This document shows positions 53,001 to 64,000 of a stretch of DNA of 64,000 nt, one piece after another. The notes under the pieces are model-generated. The model had not been told where the DNA came from, did no database searches, and was given only the letters and a program-made list of their open reading frames with translations. The first letter of the stretch is position 1, and every line of letters starts with the position of its first letter. This DNA comes from Octopus sinensis. Lineage: Eukaryota. The position numbers were made by a program, and so were the translations under genes. The stretch spans positions 75,826,001-75,890,000 of the forward strand of contig NC_042997.1 in NCBI RefSeq assembly GCF_006345805.1. The letters are read 5' to 3'.

Positions 53001-53242
53001 CATAAAACCACAACATCTATTCAATGAGACAGCCATAAAATCTTGTTGCTAGTTTCAAGCTTGACAACCAATTGATAATACAATTAATTATCTTACCTGA
53101 ACAAAAACAATTTCCTTGACCAATCCAATTCGAGGCACTGGTTTGTTTGTGCTGGGTAAATGTGTTTATGTGGAATGTATATATTCAGTGTTGTATGAGT
53201 TTGTGTAACATATAATTCTATACTATATAATTTAAAATATCA

Positions 53243-53603
53243 TAGTGTGGTAAGTAGCTTGCTAACCAACCACACGGTTGCGGGTTCAACCCCACTGCGT
53301 GGCATCTTGGGCAAGTGTCTTCTGCTATAGCCCCGGGCCGACCAATGCCTTGTGAGTGGATTTGGTAGACAGAAACTGAAAGAAGCCTGTCGTATATATG
53401 TATATATATGTATATGTGTGTGTGTTTGTGTGTCTGTGTTTGTCCCCCTAGCATTGCTTGACAACCGATGCTGGTGTGTTTAGGTCCCCGTCACTTAGCG
53501 GTTCGGCAAAAAGAGAGCGATAGAATAAGTACTAAAAGGTGGTGCTCCAGCATGGCCGCAGTCAAATGACTGAAACAAGTAAAAGAGTAAAAGAGTAAAG
53601 AGA

Positions 53604-53606
<3 letters not shown>
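53243..53606 (+). mobile_element. SINE family A (head slightly truncated)
   Basis: Near-identical to 27805-28195 with a short 3' deletion. Confidence 0.88.
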
Positions 53607-53650
<44 letters not shown>

Positions 53651-53788
53651 ATGTCCTTTGTGAAATATCTAACTACGAAATAGGTGAGAGCCGGTGACAT
53701 GAAGGGCATCTGACTGTAGAAAATCTGCTTCAACAAATTCTATCCAACCCATGAGAGCATGAAAAGTGGACATTAAGTTGATAATGAT

Positions 53789-54182
53789 GCGCAGGAGTGG
53801 CTGTGTGGTAAGTAGCTTGTTTACCAACCACATGGTTCCGGGTTCGGTCCCACTGCGTGGCACCTTGGGCAAGTGTCTTCTACTATAGCCTCGGGCCGAC
53901 CAAAGCCTTGTGAGTGGATTTGGTAGACGGAAACTGAAAGAAGCCCGTCGTATATGTGTATGTGTGCGTGTATGTTTGTGTGTCTGTGTTTGTCCCATCC
54001 AACATCGCTTGACAACCGATGCTGGTGTGTTTATGTCCCCGTAACTTAGCAGTTTGGTAAAAGAGACCGATAGAATAAGTACTGGGCTTACAAAGAATAA
54101 GTCCCGGGGTCGAGTTGCTCGATCAAAGGCGGTGCTCCAGCATGGATGCAGTCAAATGACTGAAGCAAGTAAAAGAGTAAAG
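53789..54182 (+). mobile_element. SINE family A, inserted at the end of an RTE tail fragment (53695-53788)
   Basis: Full head and tail. Confidence 0.9.
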
Positions 54183-54214
54183 TATATATATATATATATA
54201 TGTATGTATATATA

Positions 54215-54286
<72 letters not shown>

Positions 54287-55074
54287 CCGAGATATACACA
54301 AGTAGGAAGTAAGGATGGATAGCTAAGAAGTAGTGTTAGATGTGTCGTTTTGAGGAAAGGAGGAGAAAATAAGGATATGACAAGAAAAGGAAATGGTCAT
54401 AAGGATAAGCTACTGTAAAACCTCTATATAAGTCAAACAAAGCTGGTATACTGCCCATGGTTTTTCTGTTTTCACAGAATAATGTAAAAAGATGCAGTTG
54501 ATACCCAATCTGAACACCTACAGGAATATGTGTATGGGGAGGGTACAAGAGTTTGGCCCAATTACCTGTAATCAAATGAACTCTGTTGAAAGAATCATGT
54601 GGTAGCATTAGATCTCCTAACTCTTTATGTCACGATACTTGCATATGCACACAAGCTTGTGAACATGGATATAAACATGTATCCAGGATTAAAAAATAAA
54701 ACAAAAAAAGCAATGCAAACTGGCAGGTAGCCCAGGAAGAGAAGAGAAACAAGTGAAAAGAATGTAGGAGATGTCTTCCACATTAGATTTTAAGAGGATA
54801 GCATTTTATGCTGGCTATGATAAAGAGAAATCTAAGTTTGAGTGTATGTCAGTGTATTTGTAGTGCTCAGAGTTGTTAGTGAATATAACAATGTGGATAA
54901 ATGATTTAGATATCAAAATTCATTCCAAGGTGAAAGTTATAGCTGAAAAGAATGAATCAAGATAGTTTATCTGTGGTGATATTAGAAGTGCCAAGACAGT
55001 ACTTCAATACAGCAGCCATACACTTTTTAGATGTAAACCTCTTTATGAGCTAATGTAATTTGGAGCTAATTAAG

Positions 55075-55350
55075 CGTTCATAGTGTCTGACTGGTTTCTG
55101 TGCAGATGGTATGTAAAAAGCACCATTTGAGTGTGGTCGATGCCAGTGCTGCCTGACTGGCCCCCATGCCACTGGCACATAAAAAGCACGCACTACACTC
55201 ATGGAGTGGTTGGTGTTAGGAAGGGCATCCAGCTGTAGAAACCTTGCCAGATCAGATTGGAGCCTGGTGCAGCCTCCTGGCTTACCAGTCCTCATTCAAA
55301 CCAGCCAGTATAGAAAGTGGATGTTAAACGGTGATGATGATAATAATGAT
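55075..55350 (+). mobile_element. RTE family 1 3' tail
   Basis: aaaagcacgcactacactcatggagtggttggtgttaggaagggcatccagctgtagaaac...gatgatgat. Confidence 0.8.
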
Positions 55351-55675
55351 GAATTCAATTTAAGAAAAATTTCTGACACACAGAATAGCTTGACAATTAT
55401 GTGTGTGTGTAGTGGGGGGTGGGGAATGGAGGTATTTGTGTGGCAATAACTGACAACCTTTTATCATAGAGTGAAGCCAAACTGCATTCTCTCTGTCATT
55501 ACTGTTAATGCAATAATTTTCGATCTAAACTTTTAAGGTACTATTTGCCCATACTATACTTGAAGAAGAAAAAACTGCTATATGCATAAAAAAAAAATAT
55601 GTGAAAATATGCTGAGGGAATTTCAGGTAAAAGCTAAAATGTTGAAACTTTGAGGATTATTAAAAAAATACTTAC

Positions 55676-55721
55676 CAATAACGATTCCACCTACTGCGCC
55701 AGCCATTTCCACATTAGTTGC
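55676..55721 (-). CDS. EDEM3: EDEM3-like 46-bp coding exon, PA domain
   Basis: Acceptor ttgttttag, donor gtaagt, phase 0 in and phase 1 out. Translates ATNVEMAGAVGGIVI+G, continuing FIEK into the PA motif and joining the next exon as D-HNEG. Confidence 0.92.
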
Positions 55722-56501
55722 CTAAAACAAAAATATCAACAAAAACATTTTAAATGAACATTCTAATGAAAATACTGTTCTAAGTATGTATAAATTTTTA
55801 GATTAAGTAATGAATATCTGAAATACCCCAAAACACAATAGAAACAAATACTTATTGCCCTATCAAAATGAAAAAAATATTAACTACATCAGTATTTAGA
55901 TTTTAGTATAAAAAAAAAATTCACTTTAAGAATTAACATTCTCAACTTAGAATATTTTGCCTTTTTTTAAAAGCATTTTTATTATTAAATTAGGTTGTTT
56001 CAATGAATCTAGCTTGAGCAGACAAGCATCATTTTGAGATTCATCTGGTTGTATCTTCTTGCTAAAACTTAGATGGTAGCGGGGTATATTTCCTTTTTGT
56101 ACATTTTCATTATATTTCTTCACAGCTGACACCATATTGTAGGTGGCACAAATGTGCTTCAATAATGAATACTACATTGCTGATTCCTGAGTTGGAAAGT
56201 GCTTTTGTTGCTGTTGCTATGATTTTTGTCCATCTCTCTACTACTCTTGTCAGCTACAACTGTAGAAATAATCTATTTCAAAATGAAGTCCTTTACCATC
56301 ATTCTGACAAACAAGCCTAATCTCTAGGTAATTTCTTATATTTTTTTCTAATTCCATCCAACTTTGTGCTTGTTAACAAAGCTATTTACACATTTATTTT
56401 AAAACAGAATAACTAATGAAGTACTTTTTAAAGCAAATATAATCAAACTTAAAGACAATTATCAGCAAAACGTTTTTCACAACTGGAAAAATATTAATTA
56501 A

Positions 56502-58683
56502 CCCTTTCGTTACTATATTTCTGACCAAAATACACCCCTCATGAGTTTCAATTAAATTCTAAAATAATCATGAATTTAGGCTTGTTTCATTAAATAACTG
56601 TAACGTTTTTACTTATCAACATCTTAATGTGATATTTGGAACATAATTAAAGAAAGGTTTCTAAATCAATTCTATTGCATAACTTTTGTCTCAAAGTGAC
56701 TTTAATTACAGGTAAATCCAGGTAAATTGAGCAAAAGGTAAAAATATTAAAATTTTAAATTGAGCAAAACTCTTTACTCTTTTTACTCTTTTACTTGTTT
56801 CAGTCATTTGACTGCGGCCATGCTGGAGCACCACCTTTAGTCGAGCAAATCGACCCCGGGACTTATTCTTTGTAAGCCCAGTACTTATTCTATCGGTTTC
56901 TTTTGCCGAACCGCTAAGTTACGGGGACGTAAACACACCAGCATCGGTTGTCAAGCGATGTTGGATGGGACAAACACAGACACACAAACATACACGACGG
57001 GCTTCTTTCAGTTTCCATCTACCAAATCCACTCACAAGGCTTTGGTCGGCCCGAGGCTATAGTAGAAGACACTTGCCCAAGGTGCCACGCAGTGGGACCG
57101 AACCCAGAACCATGTGGTTGGTAAACAAGCTACTTACCATACAGCCACTCCTGCGCATCATTATCAACTTATTCTATCGGTCTCTTTTGCCGAACCGCTA
57201 AGTGACGGGGATGTAAACACACCAGCATCGGTTGTCAAGCAATGCTAGGGGGACAAACACAGACACACAAACATATACATACACACTTATATATATATAC
57301 ATATATACGACAGGCTTCTTTCAGTTTCCGTCTACCAAATCCACTCACAAGGCATTGGTCGGCCCGGGGCTATAGCAGAAGACACTTGCCCAAGATGCCA
57401 CACAGTGGAACTGAAACCTGAACCATGTGGTTGGTTAGCAAGCTACTTACCACACAGCCACTCCTGCACCTAGGTAAAAATATTAAAATTTTGTTTAAAC
57501 ATCACCATAGAAAATGAATCATCAGCTAATATTCAAATGGGTATGCAACAAAATTTTGATAAAGAAGAATTGTGCCCATCACTAGATCATCAGTTGAATT
57601 TAATGCACAACAGGTGTACCATAAAGGTGGAATAAAGTGAAATACTGGAATCCACCGCAAGTTTGACCGAACTAAAGAAATCGGTCAAAAAATAATATTC
57701 AGCCCTGGTTATGGTATGGAAGTGATAAATTCCAGACCACATTGTTCCCTAGGCCATGCTGACTAACATTATTTTTCCCTGTATAAAAACTAAATCCACG
57801 CAGTACCCAGTATTTACTTCACAAATTTTCCGAAATTTGATCCCCCATTTTGTGTTTGTTTACAATCTGCGTAAATTTGTTTCCGCATTGATCGCTTCAA
57901 ACAATAACTTCCAGACCACATCGTACCCTAAGCCATGCTGACTAACATTAGTTTCCCTGTATAAAAACTAAATCCACACAGTACCCAGTATTTGCTTCAC
58001 AAATTTTCCAAACTTTGATCCCTGATTTTGTGTTTGTTTACATTCTGCATAACAGTTTGCTTCCAGTGATCGCTCCAAACAAGCATACTGAAAAAAATAA
58101 AAGTCTAATGGTTTTGCTTCCTAAGAAAGACTATAGATAAACTCTATCTCCTCAGAAAAATTGCTAGTAAAAACATTTTAAAAGTTTTTTACTTCCTTTC
58201 AATGTAAAATCATCTTTGCTGTCGCCATCGCTAATTTGTTTCTTCGGAATCGCTGCTTTCGGTTAACGGATAAAAAAAATATCCTATTCATTATTTTGTA
58301 CACCACGTGCTTTAAGGACCTCATTCATTCTTTTTCTCGATATCTCCCTATTTTCCGTTGAAAAAGTTTTAAATTCGGAATCAATGCTTGATAACATGAA
58401 ACTCCTATCCATTTTCAAAGTTGAAGAAAAATCGATGCCGAAAAAAATGTGGAAAAAAATCTCCCAAAATTCAGGGAATTAAAATTACACGTCGATCGTT
58501 GTACAAAACTGTAGATGAACTGTTTACGAAGTATAATCACATGTTTTCACGAATGTACTAACGAGATTTGTTCTGATATTCTCATTTAAATATGAATAGG
58601 TAATTATGGGCGGGTTTGGGCGGCTTGGTCACATGAACCAAAACTGTTTTCGGGCGGCTTTGGGCGGTTTGGTAACGAAAGGG
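56502..58683. mobile_element. piggyBac-type non-autonomous element
   Basis: TTAA TSD on both sides (56498-56501, 58684-58687); 12-bp TIR ccctttcgttac; internal ~179-bp tandem repeat (57730-58080); two nested SINEs; no transposase ORF. Confidence 0.85.
56769..57470 (-). mobile_element. Two tandem family A SINEs (56769-57155 full; 57168-57470 3'-truncated)
   Basis: Both are reverse complements of the family A consensus. Confidence 0.9.
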
Positions 58684-59045
58684 TTAATAATGTAGAAGTT
58701 TTACAGTTTCACATGTAAAGAAAAATACTTATAATTTTTAGAAATGTGATGAACATTGTAAGTTCAGCTGTACAGTTTGGAATATTTAATTTCATTGTCA
58801 ATTTAGTATTTTTAATTACTTCATCATTATATTAGATACAATTTGTTTGGCATTTATGTTTGTAAGATGCGAGTTATTGCATCTTTTGTAACTGAAATTG
58901 GACATCAATATGCATTTTTGGAGAATGAATTTTACAAGAGAATATTTTTAGAACCAAAACTTATCACAAAATAGTATGTTTATTTACTGTATAATGCTCA
59001 TGGCAGAGTTTAATTAAAAACATTCATATTTATTCTGTATATTAA

Positions 59046-59266
59046 CCCTTTCATTACTAACCTGTCTGAAACCGGCTCTGGCTCTAAGGACAAATGTCTT
59101 GCTTTCATAAGTTTTGAGTTAAAATCTTCCACCAAAACTTAGTCACAATTTATGTTCCTAACACTAGCTGAATGATTAACTAAGTCATTTTACTAAATTC
59201 TTTGTTATATCTAAAGTAATTGAAAGAAACACAGAGCATCTCAAAATAAATACAGTAATAAAAGGG
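59046..59266. mobile_element. Short piggyBac-type MITE, same TIR family
   Basis: ttaa-ccctttcattac ... gtaataaaaggg-ttaa. Confidence 0.8.
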
Positions 59267-59820
59267 TTAAAGGAAATGTAGAAAAATCTCTGAAATCAGA
59301 ATAATATTTTTGATGTATGCTTCTGAAGCAATTTTTAAAAACACAAACTAAAACTTTAAACAAAAGACACTTCCATTGATAATTTGAATTAAAAAAAACT
59401 GTCTTAGATGTACAAGTCTTAGTATGATTTCTATTTGAAAAATAAAATCATATTGAATTCCTCATAATTTTAGTAAGCAAACTTTATTTTGAAATCCCAT
59501 TATTTTTCTGTTTAATAACCAATATAGATTTTTTTGTAAAGTTGAATCCTCACATTTCATTTTATTTTTGATAATAATACTTAGGTAAATGGCATAATTT
59601 AGGTTTTTTTTTCCCCCTGAAAAATAATGATCTTGTATTAGAATTGGATTTTGGATTCTGTTAAGTGCTGTAAAACTTAGGCCAGTAATGTTTAGTATGT
59701 AATGTAAACTGCTAGATTTAAACTTCAAGTAAATAAGCTGGGAAGGTTCTAATGAGAACTATGATATATGAAGAACTAAAAATTGCAATAAATATGTTTA
59801 TAAAATGGTATTAATATTAC

Positions 59821-59940
59821 CTTTTCGATAAACATGCATTCTCCTCTTTCCAAGATAGCAATGTTTCCTTTGATATTTCTTGTATTAGTGAGAGGTGTAC
59901 AAGCTTTGTAAGGTTCAGCAAGCATTAACTGACCTTGGAT
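59821..59940 (-). CDS. EDEM3: EDEM3-like coding exon, PA domain
   Basis: Acceptor ttttcattag, donor gtaata, 120 bp, phase 0/0. Translates IQGQLMLAEPYKACTPLTNTRNIKGNIAILERGECMFIEK, matching the PA-domain motif GxIAxxxRGxCxFxxK. Confidence 0.93.
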
Positions 59941-60444
59941 CTAATGAAAATAATCAAGAAATACGATTAAATAAAATGAATGTATAAACAGCAATAGCAT
60001 ATAAGAATTTCTTAGATTCTAATTTCTAATTCACCCCTCTATGCCAGCTGTGTTTAATGTGCATTCCATTCAATGACAGGTGATGAAACTTATTGATTTA
60101 AGAAAATGGGAATTATAAGTTTCATGCTTTCCCTAAAAAGTATTCTTGTGAAACAGCTATTACTAAACCAAGATCACAGCTTGCCTGCTACTTATGTTGC
60201 AACAGTTAAACAGTATCACCAAGAATTTCAAGTCAGTTTTTCAGTAGTATCAGAGATTCATTTGCATACAAAAAGACTCTATAGCAGCAGCTAATATCAA
60301 ACTGCTTTCCCTATTTGCTCAGTCGCCAATATAATCTCTACTAAAGATTATGGCATTTTATAATACAGTTCTATATTTAAGAGATGAGGAATTATGTACA
60401 TTATTTATATTTGACACATATTTGTCCTCATCTTGTTTGTTGTT

Positions 60445-60490
60445 AACACAATGTTTCAGTTGATATACCCTCCAGCCTTCATCAGGTGTC
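60445..60490 (-). ncRNA. Minimal hammerhead motif, left arm (sense to EDEM3 pre-mRNA)
   Basis: Minus strand: gacac CTGATGA a ggctg-gagggtatat-caact GAAA CAT T gtgtt. Stem III ACAT could derive from palindromic ACGT (inference). Confidence 0.65.
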
Positions 60491-60695
60491 TTGGGGAAAT
60501 TTCAAATCTGGGTTCTCATTTCTAAGGTATTATTATTATTATTATTATTATTATTAAGGTCACTGGCTGGAATCAGACTTGGGGTTATTAGCCCGTGCTC
60601 TTAACTACTATGCTGTATGCCCACAGGCATATGGCGTAGTGGTTAAAAGTGCAGGCTACTAACCCCAAGATTCCTAGTTTGATTCCAGTCAGTGA

Positions 60696-60755
<60 letters not shown>

Positions 60756-60810
60756 CAACAACATCGAAAAATACCTTAAGAATGAGAACCCAGGTTCAAA
60801 ATTTCCCTAA

Positions 60811-60856
60811 GACACCTGATGAAGGCTGGAGGGTATATCAGCTGAAAAAATGTGTT
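60811..60856 (+). ncRNA. Minimal hammerhead motif, right arm (stem III mutated)
   Basis: gacac CTGATGA a ggctg-gagggtatat-cagct GAAA aaat gtgtt. Confidence 0.6.
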
Positions 60857-61833
60857 AACAACAAACAAGATGAGGACAAATATCTATTAAATGTAAATAA
60901 TGTAAATAAGGGCATTTTATGTTGGCTTTTAATAACATGCTTTTTTAAAATAAATATCTGGATGCCATTTTGTGAAACAGCTATTACTAAACCAAGATCA
61001 CAGCTTGCCTGCTACATATGCTAGCTACTTAAATGTGATTAACTGCATCTGAGTAAATTTACAGAATAATTTCTCTTCAACAGAAAGATTTATTCTGTTA
61101 AAGACCCTAAAGTTATCACTTCATGTAATACCTAAATCTGAGAAAAATGATGTACGTCAATTTGATCAATAATCAACCAGATATAAGGATGCCATATTTT
61201 ACAGTATCTGAAAGTAACTCAGAGAATAAGACTACTTGGAAACAATGTTTAATTCTACACAGCACATAATATGAGAATTTTTTTTACATCAATGGAATCT
61301 GTTATTTAAATACTATTGGAGACTAGTTGCTTACATGGGCAATGGAAGTGAAATAAGTAAGCAAAAGTGCAATTTAACTATTTTTCACTTCATTAATGAC
61401 GCATTACAATGTAGCTTTGTTTTTAATAGGGTCGTAATATTAAAATGCAAACAATATGGTTTGACTTCCTTATCAATTTTAACTTCATTGTACAAATCAT
61501 AGATTGCTCATAATCAAAGACCAGCCCGAATCTTCTCTCAATTTATGAGTGCCTATTTCTAGTTCAAATACGGTATTTCTTTTATTTATACACAACATAT
61601 TTAACAGCTAGCATGACAAAAAGTACAAAACCAAAATCAAGTGTATTATGTTCATAGAATTTTAAAAGTTTTAGTACTTTAAATATGTGGCAAAAATAAC
61701 AAACTTCAATAATTATGAGAAAAACAGATGTAAAATTTAAGAATTTTATATGTAAAAGTTGATAGCATATTTAAGTATAGTTATAAACACATGCATAAAT
61801 ATTCAAGTAAGAAGATGTGTTCTGGTAACTTAC

Positions 61834-61943
61834 TGGTGAGGAATTCTTGAGATTGTAACCAAATTGAGCAGGTCCAGCACTCAAAACTGACACATCGTCA
61901 ACATTAGGTGATAAGATCTGAACAAGAAGTGGCTCATGTTGAG
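61834..61943 (-). CDS. EDEM3: EDEM3-like coding exon (first in window), start of PA-domain region
   Basis: Acceptor ttttctttag, donor gtaagt, 110 bp, phase 1 in and phase 0 out. Translates xQHEPLLVQILSPNVDDVSVLSAGPAQFGYNLKNSSP; AGPAQFG is the motif preceding the PA domain in EDEM3. Confidence 0.9.
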
Positions 61944-62056
61944 CTAAAGAAAAGCAACAGTTTAACTACTGAAACACAAAAATTGGCATTTATTTGTATA
62001 TATATATATATACACACACAAACACACACACACACATACATACATATATATACATA

Positions 62057-62254
62057 CTGTTGTGTCTGGGGAGAGTCATTTTCTTTTTGTGCCTTATGAT
62101 GTAACACATTCACCGGTAAAATTTCCACTTTTTTCTTATTTTTGTTTTACTAAAATTTTCAGAATATAATAATAAGAAAAAAGTAGAAATTTTACCGGTG
62201 AGTGTGTTACATCATAAGGCACAAAAAGAAAATGACTCTCCCCAGACACAACAG
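62057..62254. mobile_element. Fold-back MITE (84-bp arms, 30-bp spacer)
   Basis: Arms 62057-62140 and 62171-62254 are inverted, with about two mismatches. Confidence 0.85.
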
Positions 62255-62311
62255 AATATGCTTCAACACACAAAATCATATAAAGAATCTTGCAAACCAA
62301 ATCCAAAAACG

Positions 62312-62340
<29 letters not shown>

Positions 62341-62345
<5 letters not shown>

Positions 62346-64000
62346 TCATCATCATTTAGCATCCGCTTTCCATGCTAGCTGGGGTCAACTGGGGTCTGGG
62401 AAGCCACAAGGCTGCACAAGGCCCAGTCTGATCTCCGTGAGTGTAGTGGGTGCTTTTCACATGCTACCCGCACAGGTGCCAGACGGGGCTGGCAAATGGC
62501 CACGGACGGATGGTGCTTTTTACGAGCCACTGGCACGGAGGCCAGTCGGGGTTGCGCTGGCAATGGCCACGGTCGGGTGGTGCTTTTTACGTGCCACCGG
62601 CACGGGGGCCAGGCGAGGCTGGCAACAGCCACGATCGGATGGTGCTTTTTACGTGCCACCAGCACGGAGGCCAGTCAGGGCGGCGTTGGCAACGGCCACG
62701 ATCGGATGGTTCGCTTACGTGTCACCAGCACTGGTAATCACAGCTGCAATTTCCATTGATGTTGATCGACTTCGATTTTGGTTATGATTTCTGATATGAT
62801 TTGATTTCTACTTGCCTCAACGGGTCTTCACAAGCAGAGTTTTGTGTCTCAAGAAGGAAAGGTATGCATAAGTTGACTGGCTACATCCCAGGTAGAGGCC
62901 ATGGGTTATGGTCTCACTAGTCCTGCTGGGTCTTCTCACGCACAGCATACTTCCAAAGGTCTCAGTCTCTAGTCATTTCCTTGGTGAGACCTAAAGTTCG
63001 AAGGTCGTGCTTCACCACCTCATCCCAGGTTTTCCTGGGTCTACCTCTTCCACAGGTTCCCTCAACCGCTAGGGTGTGGCACTTTTGCACACAACTATCT
63101 TCAGCCATTCTCGTCACATGACCATACCAGCGCAAAAGTCTCTCTTGCACAGCACAACTGATGCTTCTTAGGTCCAACTTTTCTCTCAAGGTACTTACAC
63201 TCTGTCGAGTATGAACACTGACATTACACATCCATCGGAGCATACTGGCTTCATTTCTTGCGAGCTTACGCATATCCTCAGCAGTCACAGCCCATGTTTC
63301 ACTACCATGTAGCATGGCTGTTCGTACACATGCATCATACAGTCTGCCTTTTACTCTGAGAGGCCTTTTGTCACCAGCAGGGGTAAGGGCTCTCTGAACT
63401 TTGCCCAGGCTATTCTTACTCTAGCAGTTACACTTTCAGCACATCCGACCCTCGCTACTGACTTGGTCACCTAGGTAACGGAAGCTATCAACTACTTCTA
63501 GTTTTTCTCCCTGGAATGTGGTAGAAGTTGGTCTCTGCACCTTTTCAGTGTTTATTGCTCCTGAGCATCTGCCACAAACAAAAACTATTTTCCTAGTTAG
63601 CCTTCCTTTGACATTGCTGCACCTCTTATGTGTCCATAGCTTACACTTGGTGCATCTTATAGAGTTTCTACCTACACCTTTTCTACAGATCGAGCAGGGC
63701 CATCTACCTGAAGGCGTTTGTGATTTGTCTATCTTCCTACTTATTAGGACTTTGGTTTTGGCTAGGTTGATTCTAAGGCACTTTGATTCTAATCCTTGCT
63801 TCCACACCTGAAACTTCTCCAGTTCTGATAGTGACTCAGCAATTAGAGCAAGGTCATCAGCATAGAGGAGCTCCAATGGGGAATCCTGTCTTGAATTCCT
63901 CCGTTATTGCCTGGAGGACTATGATAAATAGGAGGGGACTGAGGACTGAACCTTGGTGGACCCCAACCTCTACCCGGAATTCTTCATTGTACTCATTGCC
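62341..64000 (-). mobile_element. Young RTE LINE (family 1), 3' part; continues beyond the window
   Basis: ELLYADDLAL, intact PHD-like insert 63565-63696, MLHGSETW...WYGHV...GRGRPRKTW, a 3' UTR carrying a GC-rich ~60-67 bp tandem repeat (62488-62730), and a (CAT)n tail. Confidence 0.92.

Larger units (their letters stand above)
60397..60904. mobile_element. Head-to-head palindromic element: two tRNA-derived heads, (AAT)n, hammerhead in each arm
   Basis: Arms 60397-60621 and 60626-60904 are inverted copies. Each arm reads outward: tRNA-like head (right arm A box TGGCGTAGTGG, B box agtttgattcc), (AAT)n, aatgagaacccag..., hammerhead, aaatgtaaataatgta. Confidence 0.85.

Noticed and set aside
53043-53105. 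Minus-strand hairpin followed by GAAACTAGC aacaa
   Set aside because: The upstream core reads CAGGTAA rather than CTGAnGA; too many changes are needed.
60626-60700. tRNA gene (apparent ACT anticodon)
   Set aside because: Anticodon and acceptor stems do not pair fully, the B box is mutated, and it is embedded in a repeat; it is a tRNA-derived head. Family A and B SINE heads were rejected as tRNA genes for the same reason.

Overview
AT-rich, repeat-dense eukaryotic DNA, most likely an octopus (coleoid cephalopod) genome. This is inferred from the SINE and LINE families and the host protein, not verified. One host gene can be reconstructed on the minus strand: the last five coding exons of an EDEM3-like ER alpha-mannosidase (61834-61943, 59821-59940, 55676-55721, 29735-29914, 2274-3346). 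All have GT-AG boundaries and compatible phases, and they encode the PA domain plus a long C-terminal extension ending in KTEL; the 5' part of the gene lies beyond the window. Two ~26 kb introns are packed with decayed mobile DNA: three RTE-clade LINE families, Tx1/L1 fragments, an R4/Dong-like fragment, a Penelope-like element (PLE), a near-complete pogo (DD35D) transposon, piggyBac-type and long-TIR MITEs, tRNA-derived SINEs and microsatellites. The most striking signal that the ORF track does not show is a set of 12 type I hammerhead ribozyme motifs (CTGAnGA...GAAA...TH), some intact and some decayed. They fall into about ten distinct sequence types, most with a palindromic stem III (the dimer-type architecture known from PLEs), and several sit in fold-back repeats. 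Two of them are part of a head-to-head palindromic element with tRNA-derived heads (60397-60904). Coordinates of decayed repeats are approximate and family names were assigned by eye without database searches.
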